Positions 32,597 through 43,451 of a stretch of 64,000 nucleotides of DNA are shown here, piece by piece. The notes below the pieces were generated by a model. The model was given only the letters and a program-made list of their open reading frames with translations. It searched no databases and was not told the DNA's origin. Every line of letters starts with the position of its first letter. Within the stretch, counting starts at the first letter, position 1. Source of the DNA: an uncultured Acidobacteriota bacterium (GTDB lineage Bacteria > Acidobacteriota > UBA6911 > RPQK01 > JAPXNP01); NCBI GenBank assembly GCA_963777605.1, contig CAVZRV010000015.1, positions 160,284 to 224,283 on the forward strand, read 5' to 3'. The position numbers and the translations under genes were made by a program.

Positions 32597-33849
32597 AAAT
32601 CCCAGTGGTCCTCGAACTCAACTGGGTCAGGGAGCACCGAAAGCGAGTTTTCTGGCTGCTCTTTCTGGTTTCCATGACGCTGCGGCTGTGCATCATGTTC
32701 GGGCTCCACCTTGACCGGCAGCCGTTTCGGGGTGAGCTGCAGAAAATCGCCGAAGACCTGGCCCTGAACGGAGAGTACGGGAACCCCTACCGCATTCCAA
32801 CCGGGCCATCCGCCCACGCTTCACCAATCTACACTCTTATCACTGCCGGAGTCTTCCGTTTGCTGGGGACCGGAACCAACGGCGAGCTGGGGATCTCCCT
32901 GGTCGCGATTTGCTTGACGTCTCTGCTCTGGGCGCTTCTGCCCTGGTTTGGTCGCGTCGCCGGCCTGGGAGATAAGGCCGGGTTCATTGCAGGTCTGGTC
33001 GGGGCGGCCGTTCCATTTCACTTCCTGAATGAAATCCGGGCCGGTGACGCCCCCCTCGCCGCACTTCTCCTGATGGGAATCCTTTTTGCCGCACTGCCCT
33101 GGGCACGCGGCGAGGTCCCGTCCTGGCGACGGTCCGTGGCAGCGGGGATTCTCTGGGGGCTCGAGCTCCTGCTGTTGCCCTCCGTGCTCCCGTTCCTGCT
33201 GCTGGTGACCGTGGTCGCCGCAGGCCGGATTCGTTCAGCACGGTGCGTCGGGCGTCTCAGCTTGACCTGGGGGCTTGCCATCCTCTGCCTGCTTCCCTGG
33301 GCAGTCCGCAACGAACGGGTTTTCGGGGAAATGATCTGGTTTCGATCGAATCTGGGACTGGAACTCAGGCTGGCTTTCAATGAACAGGCGCTACCCGATA
33401 TTGACTCCAACCGGGAGTCCGGCAGTTTTCAGCAATACCATCCTTTCGTGAGCCGGAAGGCTGCACGAAAGCTGGGCGAAATGGGCGAACTGGAATACAA
33501 CCGGATGCTTCTTCGGGAAGCCCTCGACTGGATTGCATCGAATCCCGGAACGAGTGCCCGGCTGATCTTCCTGAGATTCGTCTACTTCTGGTTCCCGAAA
33601 ACCCTGAAGCCGATCCAGACCATGATCCTGAGCCTGATTTCCGTCGGTGGTTTCATCGGCCTCTGGTTGCTGATCCGTCGCAAGGAACCGGTTGCCCTCC
33701 TCTTCGGAGCCCTCTGGCTCAGTTTCCCGGTCATTTATTACCTGACCCAATCTGCAGTTCGCTACCGTTACCCCATCAACTGGACCCTGATGCTCGCCGC
33801 CGCCATCATCCTCACAAAATTCGGTGACACGCACCGATCTGAATCGTAA
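32593..33849 (+). CDS. GT-C/ArnT-like (PMT_2) membrane glycosyltransferase
   Basis: PSAH.SPIY, LLPWAVRN..VFG, RSNLGLE, WIASNP, RYRYP; many TM helices; overlaps the upstream stop. Confidence 0.7.
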   Translation: MKIPVVLELNWVREHRKRVFWLLFLVSMTLRLCIMFGLHLDRQPFRGELQKIAEDLALNGEYGNPYRIPTGPSAHASPIYTLITAGVFRLLGTGTNGELGISLVAICLTSLLWALLPWFGRVAGLGDKAGFIAGLVGAAVPFHFLNEIRAGDAPLAALLLMGILFAALPWARGEVPSWRRSVAAGILWGLELLLLPSVLPFLLLVTVVAAGRIRSARCVGRLSLTWGLAILCLLPWAVRNERVFGEMIWFRSNLGLELRLAFNEQALPDIDSNRESGSFQQYHPFVSRKAARKLGEMGELEYNRMLLREALDWIASNPGTSARLIFLRFVYFWFPKTLKPIQTMILSLISVGGFIGLWLLIRRKEPVALLFGALWLSFPVIYYLTQSAVRYRYPINWTLMLAAAIILTKFGDTHRSES

Positions 33850-34165
33850 CCCTCCACAAAGAAAGAGATTTTGTCCAGGTCTGGTACGAATTACCATTTC
33901 CTTGAGCCCCCTTCTCAACACCATTCGGCAGCAAACGGCAGATCCTGCTGATCCCGGTGCAGCGCAAGCATCATCCCAAGTCGGTTCTGACGCGCTCCTT
34001 TTCGACCTAGACGGCCGTTCCTCCTCGGGGAAAAAAGTGCCAGACCGACCACAAAAGACTTATCGGATGGGCGGTTACAAACAGAATCGGTGCGTGTCAC
34101 GGAATTCCACTGCAGTCGTGGGTACTGGCCCTGGTGGTGTTTGGACCTGTTAAGATGATCTGACC

Positions 34166-34960
34166 ATGAGACGACTATTCCTGACGCTCAGCCTCTTCTG
34201 CCTGACCGTTCCGGTTTTCTCTGCTTCCAAGAGCACGATCCTGGCTGTGTTTGCACACCCGGATGACGAAACCTCGGTCGGCCCACTCCTCGCCCGCTAC
34301 GCGGCGGAGGGAAACGACGTCTACCTGGCAATTGCGACGTCTGGCCAGGTGGGGGATACCAACACCGACATTCCCAGGGGCGATGCGCTCGGAAAAGTTC
34401 GTGAAGGGGAAGCCCGCTGTGCCTGCAGCGCACTCGGGATCAAGCCTCCAATCCTGATGGGCTTCATGGACGGGGGACTTCCCGAGAGGGATACGATTCC
34501 CAAGGTCGTGGAACGGGTTCGGTCGCTGGTTGACGAACTGAAGCCAAATGTCCTGATCACGTGGGGCCCGGACGGACTTTCGGGACACCCCGACCACCGA
34601 ATGATTTCGGCCATCACGACGCAGGTCTTCGAGGAGCAGGGCAAGCTTGAATTCAATCCGCAACGACTCTACTACGTCGCCATTCCTGCGTCTGTATTCA
34701 GGAACATACCCCCGGCGGCGGCCGCCGCCATGCAGGCAAATCTCGTTGCCGACCAGTTCGTCACGACAATCATCGACGGATCGTCCTACACCGACCGGTC
34801 TTATCGGGCAATCCAGTGTCACAAGACACAGTGGCCACCCGCAACCATGGAGATGATGGGACAGCTGACCCGAGACGTCCTGGGAGGCAAGGTCTTCCTC
34901 CGGCTCGCCATGGAAAGCAGCACGAAACCACCTGAGCCGGTTGCGGACATCCTGCCCTGA
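34166..34960 (+). CDS. PIG-L family deacetylase with signal peptide
   Basis: AHPDDE, TSGQVG, R..EA, GLSGHPDH, CHKTQ. Confidence 0.88.
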   Translation: MRRLFLTLSLFCLTVPVFSASKSTILAVFAHPDDETSVGPLLARYAAEGNDVYLAIATSGQVGDTNTDIPRGDALGKVREGEARCACSALGIKPPILMGFMDGGLPERDTIPKVVERVRSLVDELKPNVLITWGPDGLSGHPDHRMISAITTQVFEEQGKLEFNPQRLYYVAIPASVFRNIPPAAAAAMQANLVADQFVTTIIDGSSYTDRSYRAIQCHKTQWPPATMEMMGQLTRDVLGGKVFLRLAMESSTKPPEPVADILP

Positions 34961-34961
34961 G

Positions 34962-35534
34962 ATGTCACGGGACGGCAGGGTCTTCTCGTCGGAGTGGAAA
35001 GCGTGGACGGCCGTTGCCGTCTGCGTGGCACTGCTTTACAGCACGCTGACAGTGGCCTTCGACGTCTACGTCTACGTCTACGACAGGGTGGGTCGGGAAA
35101 CGGTCTCATTCTGGATGAACTTTGCGGTCGGAACCACGGGCGTGGCAGTCGTGGTTTGGCTCCTGCTCCGCTACCGCCCGCCGTTGAGCGGCTACGTCGC
35201 GCTCGTCCTGATCGGCCTGGTGGTCGCGTACTGTCTCAGCCAGCTCCCGGTTCCCGCCAAACGGTTCCACTTTCTCCAGTACGGTCCCCTCACGGCGCTC
35301 GTCTATGCCGCGTTGGGATTCCGTTCCAGGGATCCCGACCGATATGTATGGGCCTTGCTCGTCGTGTCCCTGATCGGGCTTGGTGACGAGACCATCCAGG
35401 CTCTGTTGCCGGACCGGCATTTCGGTCTGCTGGACCTGGTGATCAACTCGACGGCGGCAGCCGTCACCCTGGCCTTCATCGGGTTCGTGGCCCGACGAAA
35501 GCCAGAATCAACCGACCGTCAGGTCAGCGACTGA
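34962..35534 (+). CDS. VanZ-family membrane protein
   Basis: [30 protein letters not shown]. Confidence 0.8.
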   Translation: MSRDGRVFSSEWKAWTAVAVCVALLYSTLTVAFDVYVYVYDRVGRETVSFWMNFAVGTTGVAVVVWLLLRYRPPLSGYVALVLIGLVVAYCLSQLPVPAKRFHFLQYGPLTALVYAALGFRSRDPDRYVWALLVVSLIGLGDETIQALLPDRHFGLLDLVINSTAAAVTLAFIGFVARRKPESTDRQVSD

Positions 35535-36717
35535 GCAAACCCATTCCGGCCGCCACCTCGGTGAACACCGCGACGGCCCGCTCGAGCTGGGACCGGGTAT
35601 GGGCCGCCGAGAGCTGGACTCGGATCCGGGCCTCGCCACGTGGCACCACTGGAAAACTGAAACCGACGACGAAAATCCCCTTTTCATTGAGCCGGCGAGC
35701 CATCTCTACGGTCGGTTTCTCATCCCCGATCATGATCGGGACGATGGGATGTATGCCAGGCTGAATTCGAAAGCCGTTGGCCGTCATGGCGTCCCGGAAA
35801 TACCGGGTGTTCTCATGCAGGCGAGCCACCAACTCCCGGCTCTCGTCGATCAACTCCAGTGCCCGAATCGACGCGGCTACCACGGGCGGCGCAACCGAGT
35901 TCGAGAAGAGGTAGGGACGGGAGCGCTGCCTCAATAGCTCCACGATCTCCTTGCGCCCCGTCGTGAAGCCTCCCGAAGCTCCACCTACCGCCTTTCCCAG
36001 AGTGCTGGTGATGATATCGATCCTGCCCTCGACACCGAAATGTTCAGGAGTTCCGCGGCCCGTCTTCCCCATGAACCCGGTCGCATGGCACTCGTCGATC
36101 ATGACCATGGCCTCGTACTGTTCCGCCAGCCGGCAAATGTCCGGCAGGGGAGCCAGGTCGCCGTGCATGCTGAAGACGCCGTCCGTTGCGATCAGGCGTA
36201 CCCGCGCATCCTGCGACTCGCGCAGCTTCTCCTCCAGCTCAGCCATGTCGGCGTGCCGGTAGATCTTTCGCTGGGCCTTGCAGAGGCGAACTCCGTCAAT
36301 GATGCTGGCATGGTTGAGGGCGTCGCTGATAACCACGTCTTCCGGGCCAAGGACTGTTTCGAAAAGACCTCCGTTGGCATCAAAGCAGGAAGCATAGAGG
36401 ATCGTGTCATCAGTCCCAAAGAACGAGGCGAGCCGCTGCTCCAACTGCTTGTGCAGGTCCTGGGTGCCGCAGATGAAGCGCACGGATGCCATCCCAAACC
36501 CCCGACTTTCCAGGGCCTCCCCCGCCGCCCGGACAATCTCCGGATGGTTCGCCAGCCCAAGGTAGTTGTTGGCACAAAGGTTGATCGCCTCACCGTCGTC
36601 GGTATCCACGAGGGAATCCTGGGGAGAAGTTATGGTTCGTTCCTTCTTGTAAAGGCCCTTGCTCCGAATGTCGTTCAACTCACTCTGGTAGAGACTCTGG
36701 GCAGTCTTGCTGTACAT
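35524..36717 (-). CDS. kbl: Glycine C-acetyltransferase (2-amino-3-ketobutyrate CoA ligase)
   Basis: [66 protein letters not shown]. Confidence 0.96.
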   Translation of the reverse strand: MYSKTAQSLYQSELNDIRSKGLYKKERTITSPQDSLVDTDDGEAINLCANNYLGLANHPEIVRAAGEALESRGFGMASVRFICGTQDLHKQLEQRLASFFGTDDTILYASCFDANGGLFETVLGPEDVVISDALNHASIIDGVRLCKAQRKIYRHADMAELEEKLRESQDARVRLIATDGVFSMHGDLAPLPDICRLAEQYEAMVMIDECHATGFMGKTGRGTPEHFGVEGRIDIITSTLGKAVGGASGGFTTGRKEIVELLRQRSRPYLFSNSVAPPVVAASIRALELIDESRELVARLHENTRYFRDAMTANGFRIQPGIHPIVPIMIGDEKPTVEMARRLNEKGIFVVGFSFPVVPRGEARIRVQLSAAHTRSQLERAVAVFTEVAAGMGLLSR

Positions 36718-36854
36718 CGGTGTGTCCTTTGATCATTCACTCCCATATCAACGCAACAGGTTCGCCGGCTTCCACTGCCGGGATGCGTCACTCACCAATA
36801 ATCACTATGCGTCGGCCCCCCGAAAGTCAAGCAGTCGCTGCCCGTGAAACCGAT

Positions 36855-36881
36855 TGAACATTTTCCCTGCGCATTCCGTTA
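36855..36881 (+). promoter_or_regulatory. Candidate ECF-sigma promoter upstream of the MacA-like gene
   Basis: TGAAC-N17-CGTTA fits the generic ECF AAC/CGT consensus; RBS GAGGA precedes ATG 36907. Confidence 0.4.
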
Positions 36882-36906
36882 GGTCATGTTGGGAAGGGAG
36901 TGAGGA

Positions 36907-38172
36907 ATGAGTAAAAGCGCCCGGTTCAAACTGAGTTTCTTTGCCGTACTCTTCGCTATTGTTGCGGCTGTCGCCTATATCCTCTTCGGTAACGTTTTCC
37001 GTTCTGAAGCCGCCATTCCGGACGAGCGTCTGGCCCGGGTCGAGTCCGGAGACCTGGCCCTGAGCGTTGTTGCCACCGGTTCTATCGACCCGGTATCGAC
37101 AGTCGAGATCAAGTCCAAGGCCAGCGGACTGATCAAGAACATCCTCGTGGAAGAGGGAGATCTCGTTCAAGAAGGCCAGGTTCTCGCGGAACTGGACAAG
37201 GAACTGCTGCAGGCGCAGCTACGGGAAGCCCAGGCCAACCGCATGGCGGTGGCGGCAAAAGCCGACGAAGCCCGGTCCGATCACATGTCGGCGATCAAGA
37301 TGAAGCAAAAACTCGAGATGGACCTGAGGAACCTGGAAGACAAAATGGCATTTCTGGAAAGGCAGGTCAACCGGTACGAGACCCTCTTCGACGAGAAACT
37401 GATCCCTCACTCCGAACTCGAGGCACGGGAACGGGATTTCCAGGAAGCCCATTTCGAGGTCGAATCACTCAAGTCTGAACTCCTGATCCAGGACGCTCGC
37501 ATCGACTCCGCTGCCAAGGCGGTCTCGAGTGTCGAGGCAGGGGTCTCCCAGGCCCAGGCGGGTCTGGATCGAGCCGAGGAGAACCTTCGCTACTCAACCA
37601 TTCGATCTCCCCTCGACGCCACAGTCCTGAAGCGGCATGTCGAAGTCGGCGATGCCGTCTCGTCGATTCTGCAACTGGGATCGCAGGCGACCCTGATTCT
37701 CACACTCGGGGACATGCGTGAAGTCTACTTCGAGGGTCGCGTTGACGAGACCGACATCGGGAAGGTGTTTGTGGGCCAGACCGCACGAGTCAAAGTGGAC
37801 GCTTTCCGGGATCAACCATTCCCCGGAAAGGTCGTCCGGATAGCTCCCCTGGGAGAGGAGAAAGACAACGTTATCGGGTTTGAGGCCCGCGTCGCCATCA
37901 ACGATCCCGAGCAGATTCTCCGGGCAAAGATGAGCGCGAACGCCGAGATCATTATTGAAGAGAAATCTGGGATCCTCCTGATTCCAGAGAACGCAATCAT
38001 CTACGACAAGGACCGGGACACGTTCGCCGAAATCTTCGATCCCGTTGCGGAAGGTCAAAAACGGCGGGTACCCATCCAGATCGGGATCAGTGATGGAACG
38101 ACGACCGAACTGGTTTCCGGGATCGATCAGGGTTCCCAGGTGGTTCGAGTCGATACTGGAGGACTGTTGTAG
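36907..38172 (+). CDS. Periplasmic adaptor/membrane fusion protein (MacA/HlyD family)
   Basis: N-terminal TM helix, ATGSI..VEIKSKASG, VEEGD.V..GQVL, coiled coil, IRSPLD, VDETDIG. Confidence 0.92.
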   Translation: MSKSARFKLSFFAVLFAIVAAVAYILFGNVFRSEAAIPDERLARVESGDLALSVVATGSIDPVSTVEIKSKASGLIKNILVEEGDLVQEGQVLAELDKELLQAQLREAQANRMAVAAKADEARSDHMSAIKMKQKLEMDLRNLEDKMAFLERQVNRYETLFDEKLIPHSELEARERDFQEAHFEVESLKSELLIQDARIDSAAKAVSSVEAGVSQAQAGLDRAEENLRYSTIRSPLDATVLKRHVEVGDAVSSILQLGSQATLILTLGDMREVYFEGRVDETDIGKVFVGQTARVKVDAFRDQPFPGKVVRIAPLGEEKDNVIGFEARVAINDPEQILRAKMSANAEIIIEEKSGILLIPENAIIYDKDRDTFAEIFDPVAEGQKRRVPIQIGISDGTTTELVSGIDQGSQVVRVDTGGLL

Positions 38173-38177
38173 AAAGG

Positions 38178-38295
38178 GCGAACTGCGAAGTGCGAACTGC
38201 GAAGTTTATGGGCCTGGACCGGTGGTGAACTCATAGAGCTGGAACCAGGAACCAGGAACCAGAAACCAGAAACCAGAAACCAGGAAACCAGAAAC
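38178..38295 (+). repeat. Two heptamer tandem arrays inside the operon
   Basis: gcgaact gcgaagt gcgaact gcgaagt (38178-38205); ggaacca x3, gaaacca x3, ggaaacca, gaaac (38241-38295). Confidence 0.85.
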
Positions 38296-38309
38296 GGACA
38301 ACGGGCACC

Positions 38310-39570
38310 ATGTGGTTCGCACTGCTTGGCCAGATATTTCACACGCTTCGCACCAACAAGCTCCGCAGCATTCTGACTATGTTCGGAATTGCCTGGGGAA
38401 TGCTTTCGATCATCCTGATGACGGCATCGGGAGAAGGGTTTAGGGTCGCCCAGATTGACGGCCTTCACCAACTCGGACAGGACATCCTGATCATCTGGGG
38501 AGGCCGCACCTCCCAACAGGCGGAAGGGTTTCAGGCGGGACGCGACATTCGTCTCGCGTACGCGGATTACGAGGTCATTCGGGACAAGGCCACTCTGATT
38601 CGCCACGTCAGTCCTGAGGTGATCCGAGGGGATCTGGTATCCGAAACGGAAATCAACTATGGAACCTTTACGGTACGGGGGGCGGTTCCCGAATACCAGA
38701 TCATGCGCACAATCAAGGTCGAACACGGCCGCCTGTTGAACTACGCAGACGAAGACGATGCGCGACTCGTCTGCGTGATCGGATCGGAAGTCAACAAGCA
38801 ACTATTCAACAGCGCCAACTCGGTCAGTCGAACCGTCAAGATCGACGGGCACCCGTTCACCGTGGTCGGCGTGATGCCCTACAAAGAGCTCAACAACAAC
38901 TACTCGGGGCAGGACCACAGCTCCATTTTTATCCCCTACCACACCCTTCGCCGGCTCTTCTCCAAACCGGGTTTGGGGAGTTCTCCGGACCTGGTAGACA
39001 ACCTGATTGCGTCCCCCGTCCGGCATGATCTCTACGCCGAGGCAGAACGGGAAGTCCGCCGGATCCTGGCCGCCCGTTGGGAGTTCGATCCTGCCGACGA
39101 CGACGCCGTCTCCATCTGGAACACGGGCAAGCAGGCCGAGATGATGGACATCATGATGAGTTCAATGCAGTGGTTCCTGGGAGCAGTGGGACTGGTGACT
39201 CTCGCACTGGGGGCCCTCGGAGTGGTCAATATCATGCTGGTGTCCGTGCGGGAACGCACCGTCGAGATCGGGGTCAGGAAGTCGCTCGGTGCCCGGCGCC
39301 GCGACATCCTCTTCCAGTTCTTCATGGAAGCTCTCGCCGTGACCTTCCTGGCTGGAGGGATAGGTCTGGCTGCAGGCTGGGCCCTGTGTGCTGCGATTAA
39401 CACGTCTTCCATTCGAAAAAATGGTTTTCAAGGGAATGATCATCTCCCCAATGATCACCGGTATCGCCCTTGGAAGCCTGGTGCTGGTCGGGCTACTGGC
39501 CGGGATCTACCCGGCATGGATCGCCTCAGATCTCGATCCGATTGAGGCCCTCCGTTTCGAGGTGAATTGA
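38310..39570 (+). CDS. MacB/FtsX-type ABC permease, frameshift near 39400
   Basis: NKLRSILTMFGIAWG, GVVNIMLVSVRERTVEIGVRKSLGA; tail AGIYPA..LDPIEALRFE in ORF 39388-39570. Confidence 0.9.
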
Positions 39571-39599
39571 TTTGTTCGTCGGAAGGACCGTGCAAGAAG

Positions 39600-40853
39600 A
39601 TGTTTAGCGAACTCGTCAAGCGGGCCCTCTCGAGCCTGGCACGAAACCACACGCGGACCTTGTTGACCTTGTTCGGTATCGGTTGGGGGGTAGCCTGTTT
39701 CGTGATCCTGTTCGCGTACGGGGATGGGTTTGGCCACGCCATTGAGTTGGGCCTGTCCCACTATGGACACAACATAACGGTCATCTGGAACGGACAGACC
39801 AGCCTGCAGGCGGGTGGCCAACGGGCCGGGAGGCCGGTGCGAATGGAGATGAGCGACGTCGAGGATATCCGGCTCAACTGCCCGCTCATCAGCCGGGTGA
39901 GTCCCGAGATCTTCCGTGACTATCCAATCAAGACCGTGAATCGAGTGACCAGCGCGGGTGTTCGGGGCGTCAACCATGAATATGGAGAAATGCGCGGCCA
40001 CTACATTCAGGAGGGGCGTCGAATCTCGCCGGAAGATGTTCGCTACGGCAGGAGAGTTGCCGTTCTGGGGAGGGACCTCCGGGTGAAACTTTTTTCTGAG
40101 GGGCCCGCCGTCGGTGAGGAGGTCCGGGTCAACGGGCTTTCCTTCATCGTCATTGGAGTCCTGCAGAAGAAGGTTGCCATGAGCAATTACTTCCGCCCTG
40201 ACGACCTCTGCGCATTCGTGCCCCACACGGCGATCGCGGCTCTCACCTCAACCCGCTACCTGAGCGTCATGGTTGTCCAGAGCGTCAACCCGGCATTTGA
40301 GGATGCCGCCCTGGGCCAGGTCATGCGCGTGCTCGGCCGCAACCACAACTTCGATCCCCGCGACGAAAAAGCGGTTGACATGAGCCGGTGGAAATTTATG
40401 GCCCAAATCTTCAACGGCATCATAGTCGGGATGAGGGCTTTGCTGATCGTCATCGGTGTCCTGACTCTCAGCATAGGTGGGGTGGGGTTGATGAACGTCA
40501 TGCTGGTCTCGGTTACGGAGCGGACCCGGGAAATCGGGATTCTCAAGGCTCTCGGGGCCCGGCGCCACCAGATTCGCATGCAATTTCTTCTCGAGGCCCT
40601 GGTGATTTCATTCATCGGGGGCCTCCTCGGATACCTGCTTGCTGAACTGGTCGCCGCGATCGTCGGTGTCATTCCCTTCTGGAGCACGATTCTGGAGGAC
40701 TCCTCGCGGCAGGCCGATATCCATCTGAACTTCACCTGGACTTCGGTTCTCACAGCGGTAGCGACACTCAGTGTTGTGGGGCTGGTATCGGGGTTGTTCC
40801 CGGCAATTCGGGCTTCCCGAATGAACCCGGTGGAGGCGCTGCGTTACGAGTGA
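39600..40853 (+). CDS. MacB/FtsX-type ABC permease
   Basis: RTLLTLFGIGWG, GGVGLMNVMLVSVTERTREIG, FPAIRASRMNPVEALRYE. Confidence 0.93.
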   Translation: MFSELVKRALSSLARNHTRTLLTLFGIGWGVACFVILFAYGDGFGHAIELGLSHYGHNITVIWNGQTSLQAGGQRAGRPVRMEMSDVEDIRLNCPLISRVSPEIFRDYPIKTVNRVTSAGVRGVNHEYGEMRGHYIQEGRRISPEDVRYGRRVAVLGRDLRVKLFSEGPAVGEEVRVNGLSFIVIGVLQKKVAMSNYFRPDDLCAFVPHTAIAALTSTRYLSVMVVQSVNPAFEDAALGQVMRVLGRNHNFDPRDEKAVDMSRWKFMAQIFNGIIVGMRALLIVIGVLTLSIGGVGLMNVMLVSVTERTREIGILKALGARRHQIRMQFLLEALVISFIGGLLGYLLAELVAAIVGVIPFWSTILEDSSRQADIHLNFTWTSVLTAVATLSVVGLVSGLFPAIRASRMNPVEALRYE

Positions 40854-40934
40854 ATCGCGCGAAATGAAGGAGTGGTGCCCCGCGTATTCGCATACCGCCT
40901 CGTCCGGCCCCTGTGCTAGACTTTTCTTTCTCCA

Positions 40935-42422
40935 ATGAACGAAGATCGAAAGGCTCCAGACGGTCAAGTACTCCAGCCAACGTACGTTCTGGCCCCCGGC
41001 TACTACCCGGACTGGGAGCCGACGGATCAGGTGAACCTTGCGGACTATGTTCTCGTGCTCTGGAGGAGGCGCCTCCTGATCGTCGGAGTAACCCTGGCAT
41101 TCGGGGTGCTCGCTTTCCTGGTCAGCATCGATGCGGCCCAAGCAGTACCAGGCCACTGCGATCCTCCTGGTCCAGCCGCCCAGTTTTTCAACCGAACTGC
41201 GCCCGGAACCGCTGACCATCGAGACCTATCAGTCGATTGTCAACGCCGGCTATCTGAAGAGACCTCGTTCACCAGAAACTCGTGGAAGACGGAACTCTCG
41301 GAGAGGAGGAGAGTTTCGGAGTGCTGACGGCCGAAATCCATCAGAGCGGAACGCGGGCTCAAGGTGGCTACAGCCCCTTCATCGACCTGAACGTGACCAC
41401 GAACGGCGCTGAAAAGGCCCGGGTTATAGCGGATACCTGGGCCCAGATTGCCGTCCGGGAAAGCGGGGGACTGGCCTCAAGGGGACAGCAGGGAACGCTG
41501 GATTTCATCCGCAACGAGTATCCCACCACCCGAGACCGTTTGACAGAGCTGGAAGCGCAGCTTAAAGAGACTGAAGACAAGTACGACAAACAGATCCGGG
41601 ACCTGCAGGACCAGTGGGACCGGCGCATAACGGCGTTCAGGACCGAGTGGGATATCCCTGTCCTTCAGAACCATGCCGATGCCATTAAGGCCAGGTTGAC
41701 CGCCAACATCGTCACTCTCAATAACCTGCAGCTCGACATCAAGGAAACGCGGGACACCCTGGAACAGCTCAAGACGGAGATCCGGCAGCATCCCCAGTTC
41801 GTCGTAACTTCCAAGGCGATTACCGATGACGCCCTTTGGGAGAAGATCGGTCGTGATGTCAATCCCGGAACAGCGTCCGAACTTCAGAACCTCAAGCTCC
41901 GCTCCGAGCAGCTCAATCCGGTCTACCAGTCGCTGGTCCAGCGGATCGCGGATACCCAGGTCCAGTATGAGACCCAGGTCCCGCAGGAGCAGCACCTGAC
42001 CGAACAGATCGCGAGCCAGCAGAAGGAGATCCGCGATCTGAACGCCCTCATCCTCGAGAAACAGTTCGACCTTGTCAAGATGAATAGGGACAAGGAAACG
42101 GCGCTCACACTCCTCCGTCGGGATCGGGATTACGATGTCACTTCCCTCCGTCGCGACGTGGACAGTACCCGAACCACCTTCACGACTCTCTCCGGAAAGT
42201 GGGAATCGGCCCGCCTGAGCCAGGCCGAGCAGGATCCAGGACATCAAGATCGGGTCGCTGGCGGCCGCCCCGAATCGACCCGTCTCACCCCGTCCCTTGA
42301 TCAATACAGCAATTGCGCTGGTTGTGGGGTTCATGCTGTCGATCATGCTTGCCTTCCTGATTGAGTTCGTTCAGAGCGGTACTTTCTCCGATGATCGCGG
42401 CGCCAAATCGAGCCGATCTTGA
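40935..42422 (+). CDS. Wzz/GumC-type polysaccharide co-polymerase (chain-length determinant), frameshifted
   Basis: QVNLADYVLVLWRRR plus TM1, PKQYQATA, long coiled coil; after a shift at about 42240, APNRPVSPRPLINTAIALVVG TM2 and TGA at 42420-42422. Confidence 0.82.
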
Positions 42423-42447
42423 AGGGGAAAGGGTATTGGCGTAGAAT
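42419..42447 (+). promoter_or_regulatory. Sigma70-type promoter of tRNA-His
   Basis: TTGAAG-N17-TAGAAT just upstream of the tRNA. Confidence 0.6.
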
Positions 42448-42463
42448 ACGTGTTTCATCTTGA

Positions 42464-42541
42464 GGTGGGCGTAGCTCAGCTTGGTAGAGCGCAGGGTTGT
42501 GGCTCCTGTGGCCGTGGGTTCAAGTCCCATCGCCCACCCCA
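42464..42541 (+). tRNA. tRNA-His (GTG)
   Basis: G-1 plus GTGGGCG/CGCCCAC acceptor stem, TAGCTCAG D-arm, anticodon loop TT-GTG-GC, GGTTCAAGTCC T-arm, encoded CCA. Confidence 0.96.
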
Positions 42542-42620
42542 TTCTTCCCCCGCCAGGTAACTCAAATCTTCCCCTGGGTCTGGCAACCACCCCCAAACTG
42601 TGTTCAACTGGGATTCAGCC

Positions 42621-43451
42621 ATGGCGGAAGAGACCTCTGAGCGGGTTTTCCCCATCGTAGTCGTTTCCGGTGGATTCGGGGCGAGCGGCGAACAGATCGC
42701 CCGAACGGCACTGGCCCAGTTCGTCGGCACGAAGGTGCCGGTCGAGGTCGTACCCCACGTTCGAACGGTCGATCAGATTACACAGGCCGTCTCCAGGGCT
42801 CGTTCCCGGAGGGGAATCATTCTCCACACCTTGGTCGACCCTGAGCTGCGGGCAGCCCTCATCCACAAGGCAAGAGAGAACAACGTGGTCGCGATCGACC
42901 TGATCGGCAGGGTTCTCTCCCACCTGACCATGGAGCTCGGCCGGAGGCCCGCAGGGAAACCGGGTCTCTACCGCCAGCTCAGAGAGGATTACTTTCGGCG
43001 AGTCGAGGCCATCGAGTTCGCCCTTGCCCACGACGACGGGATGCGGATCGATGACCTTCCCGCCGCGGAAATCATCCTGGTCGGGCCGTCTCGGGTGGGC
43101 AAGACTCCGCTCAGCATCTACCTTTCCACGTTGGGTTGGAGGGTGGCTAATGTTCCGATCGTCAAGGACCTCCCCATGCAGCGGCCGCTTCTGTCGGCCG
43201 ACCGGCGCAAGATCGTGGCGCTTTCTATCGACCCGGTCCAACTGATGGCTCACCGTCGGCGCCGTCAACGAGGTCTCCGAACCGGCCGCAAGACCCCCTA
43301 CACCGACCCAGAAGTGATCGTCGAGGAAATCGAGGAGGCCCGGCGCTTTTACCGGCGCCAGGGGTTCCCGGTCGTCGATATGTCCAACCGCCAAATCGAG
43401 GAAGCCGCCGACGAAGTCATCAATCTAACCCGTGCAGCGCAGGCCAGATAA
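42621..43451 (+). CDS. Pyruvate dikinase/PEP synthase regulatory protein (PDRP, DUF299 kinase/pyrophosphorylase)
   Basis: ALAQF, HTLVD, DYFRRVEAIEFALAHDDG, GPSRVGKTPLSIYL, VANVP, IEE. Confidence 0.93.
   Translation: MAEETSERVFPIVVVSGGFGASGEQIARTALAQFVGTKVPVEVVPHVRTVDQITQAVSRARSRRGIILHTLVDPELRAALIHKARENNVVAIDLIGRVLSHLTMELGRRPAGKPGLYRQLREDYFRRVEAIEFALAHDDGMRIDDLPAAEIILVGPSRVGKTPLSIYLSTLGWRVANVPIVKDLPMQRPLLSADRRKIVALSIDPVQLMAHRRRRQRGLRTGRKTPYTDPEVIVEEIEEARRFYRRQGFPVVDMSNRQIEEAADEVINLTRAAQAR

Noticed and set aside
42464-42600. tRNA-His as an integration site
   Set aside because: No integrase and no repeat of its 3' end seen; it is followed by a housekeeping-type PDRP gene.
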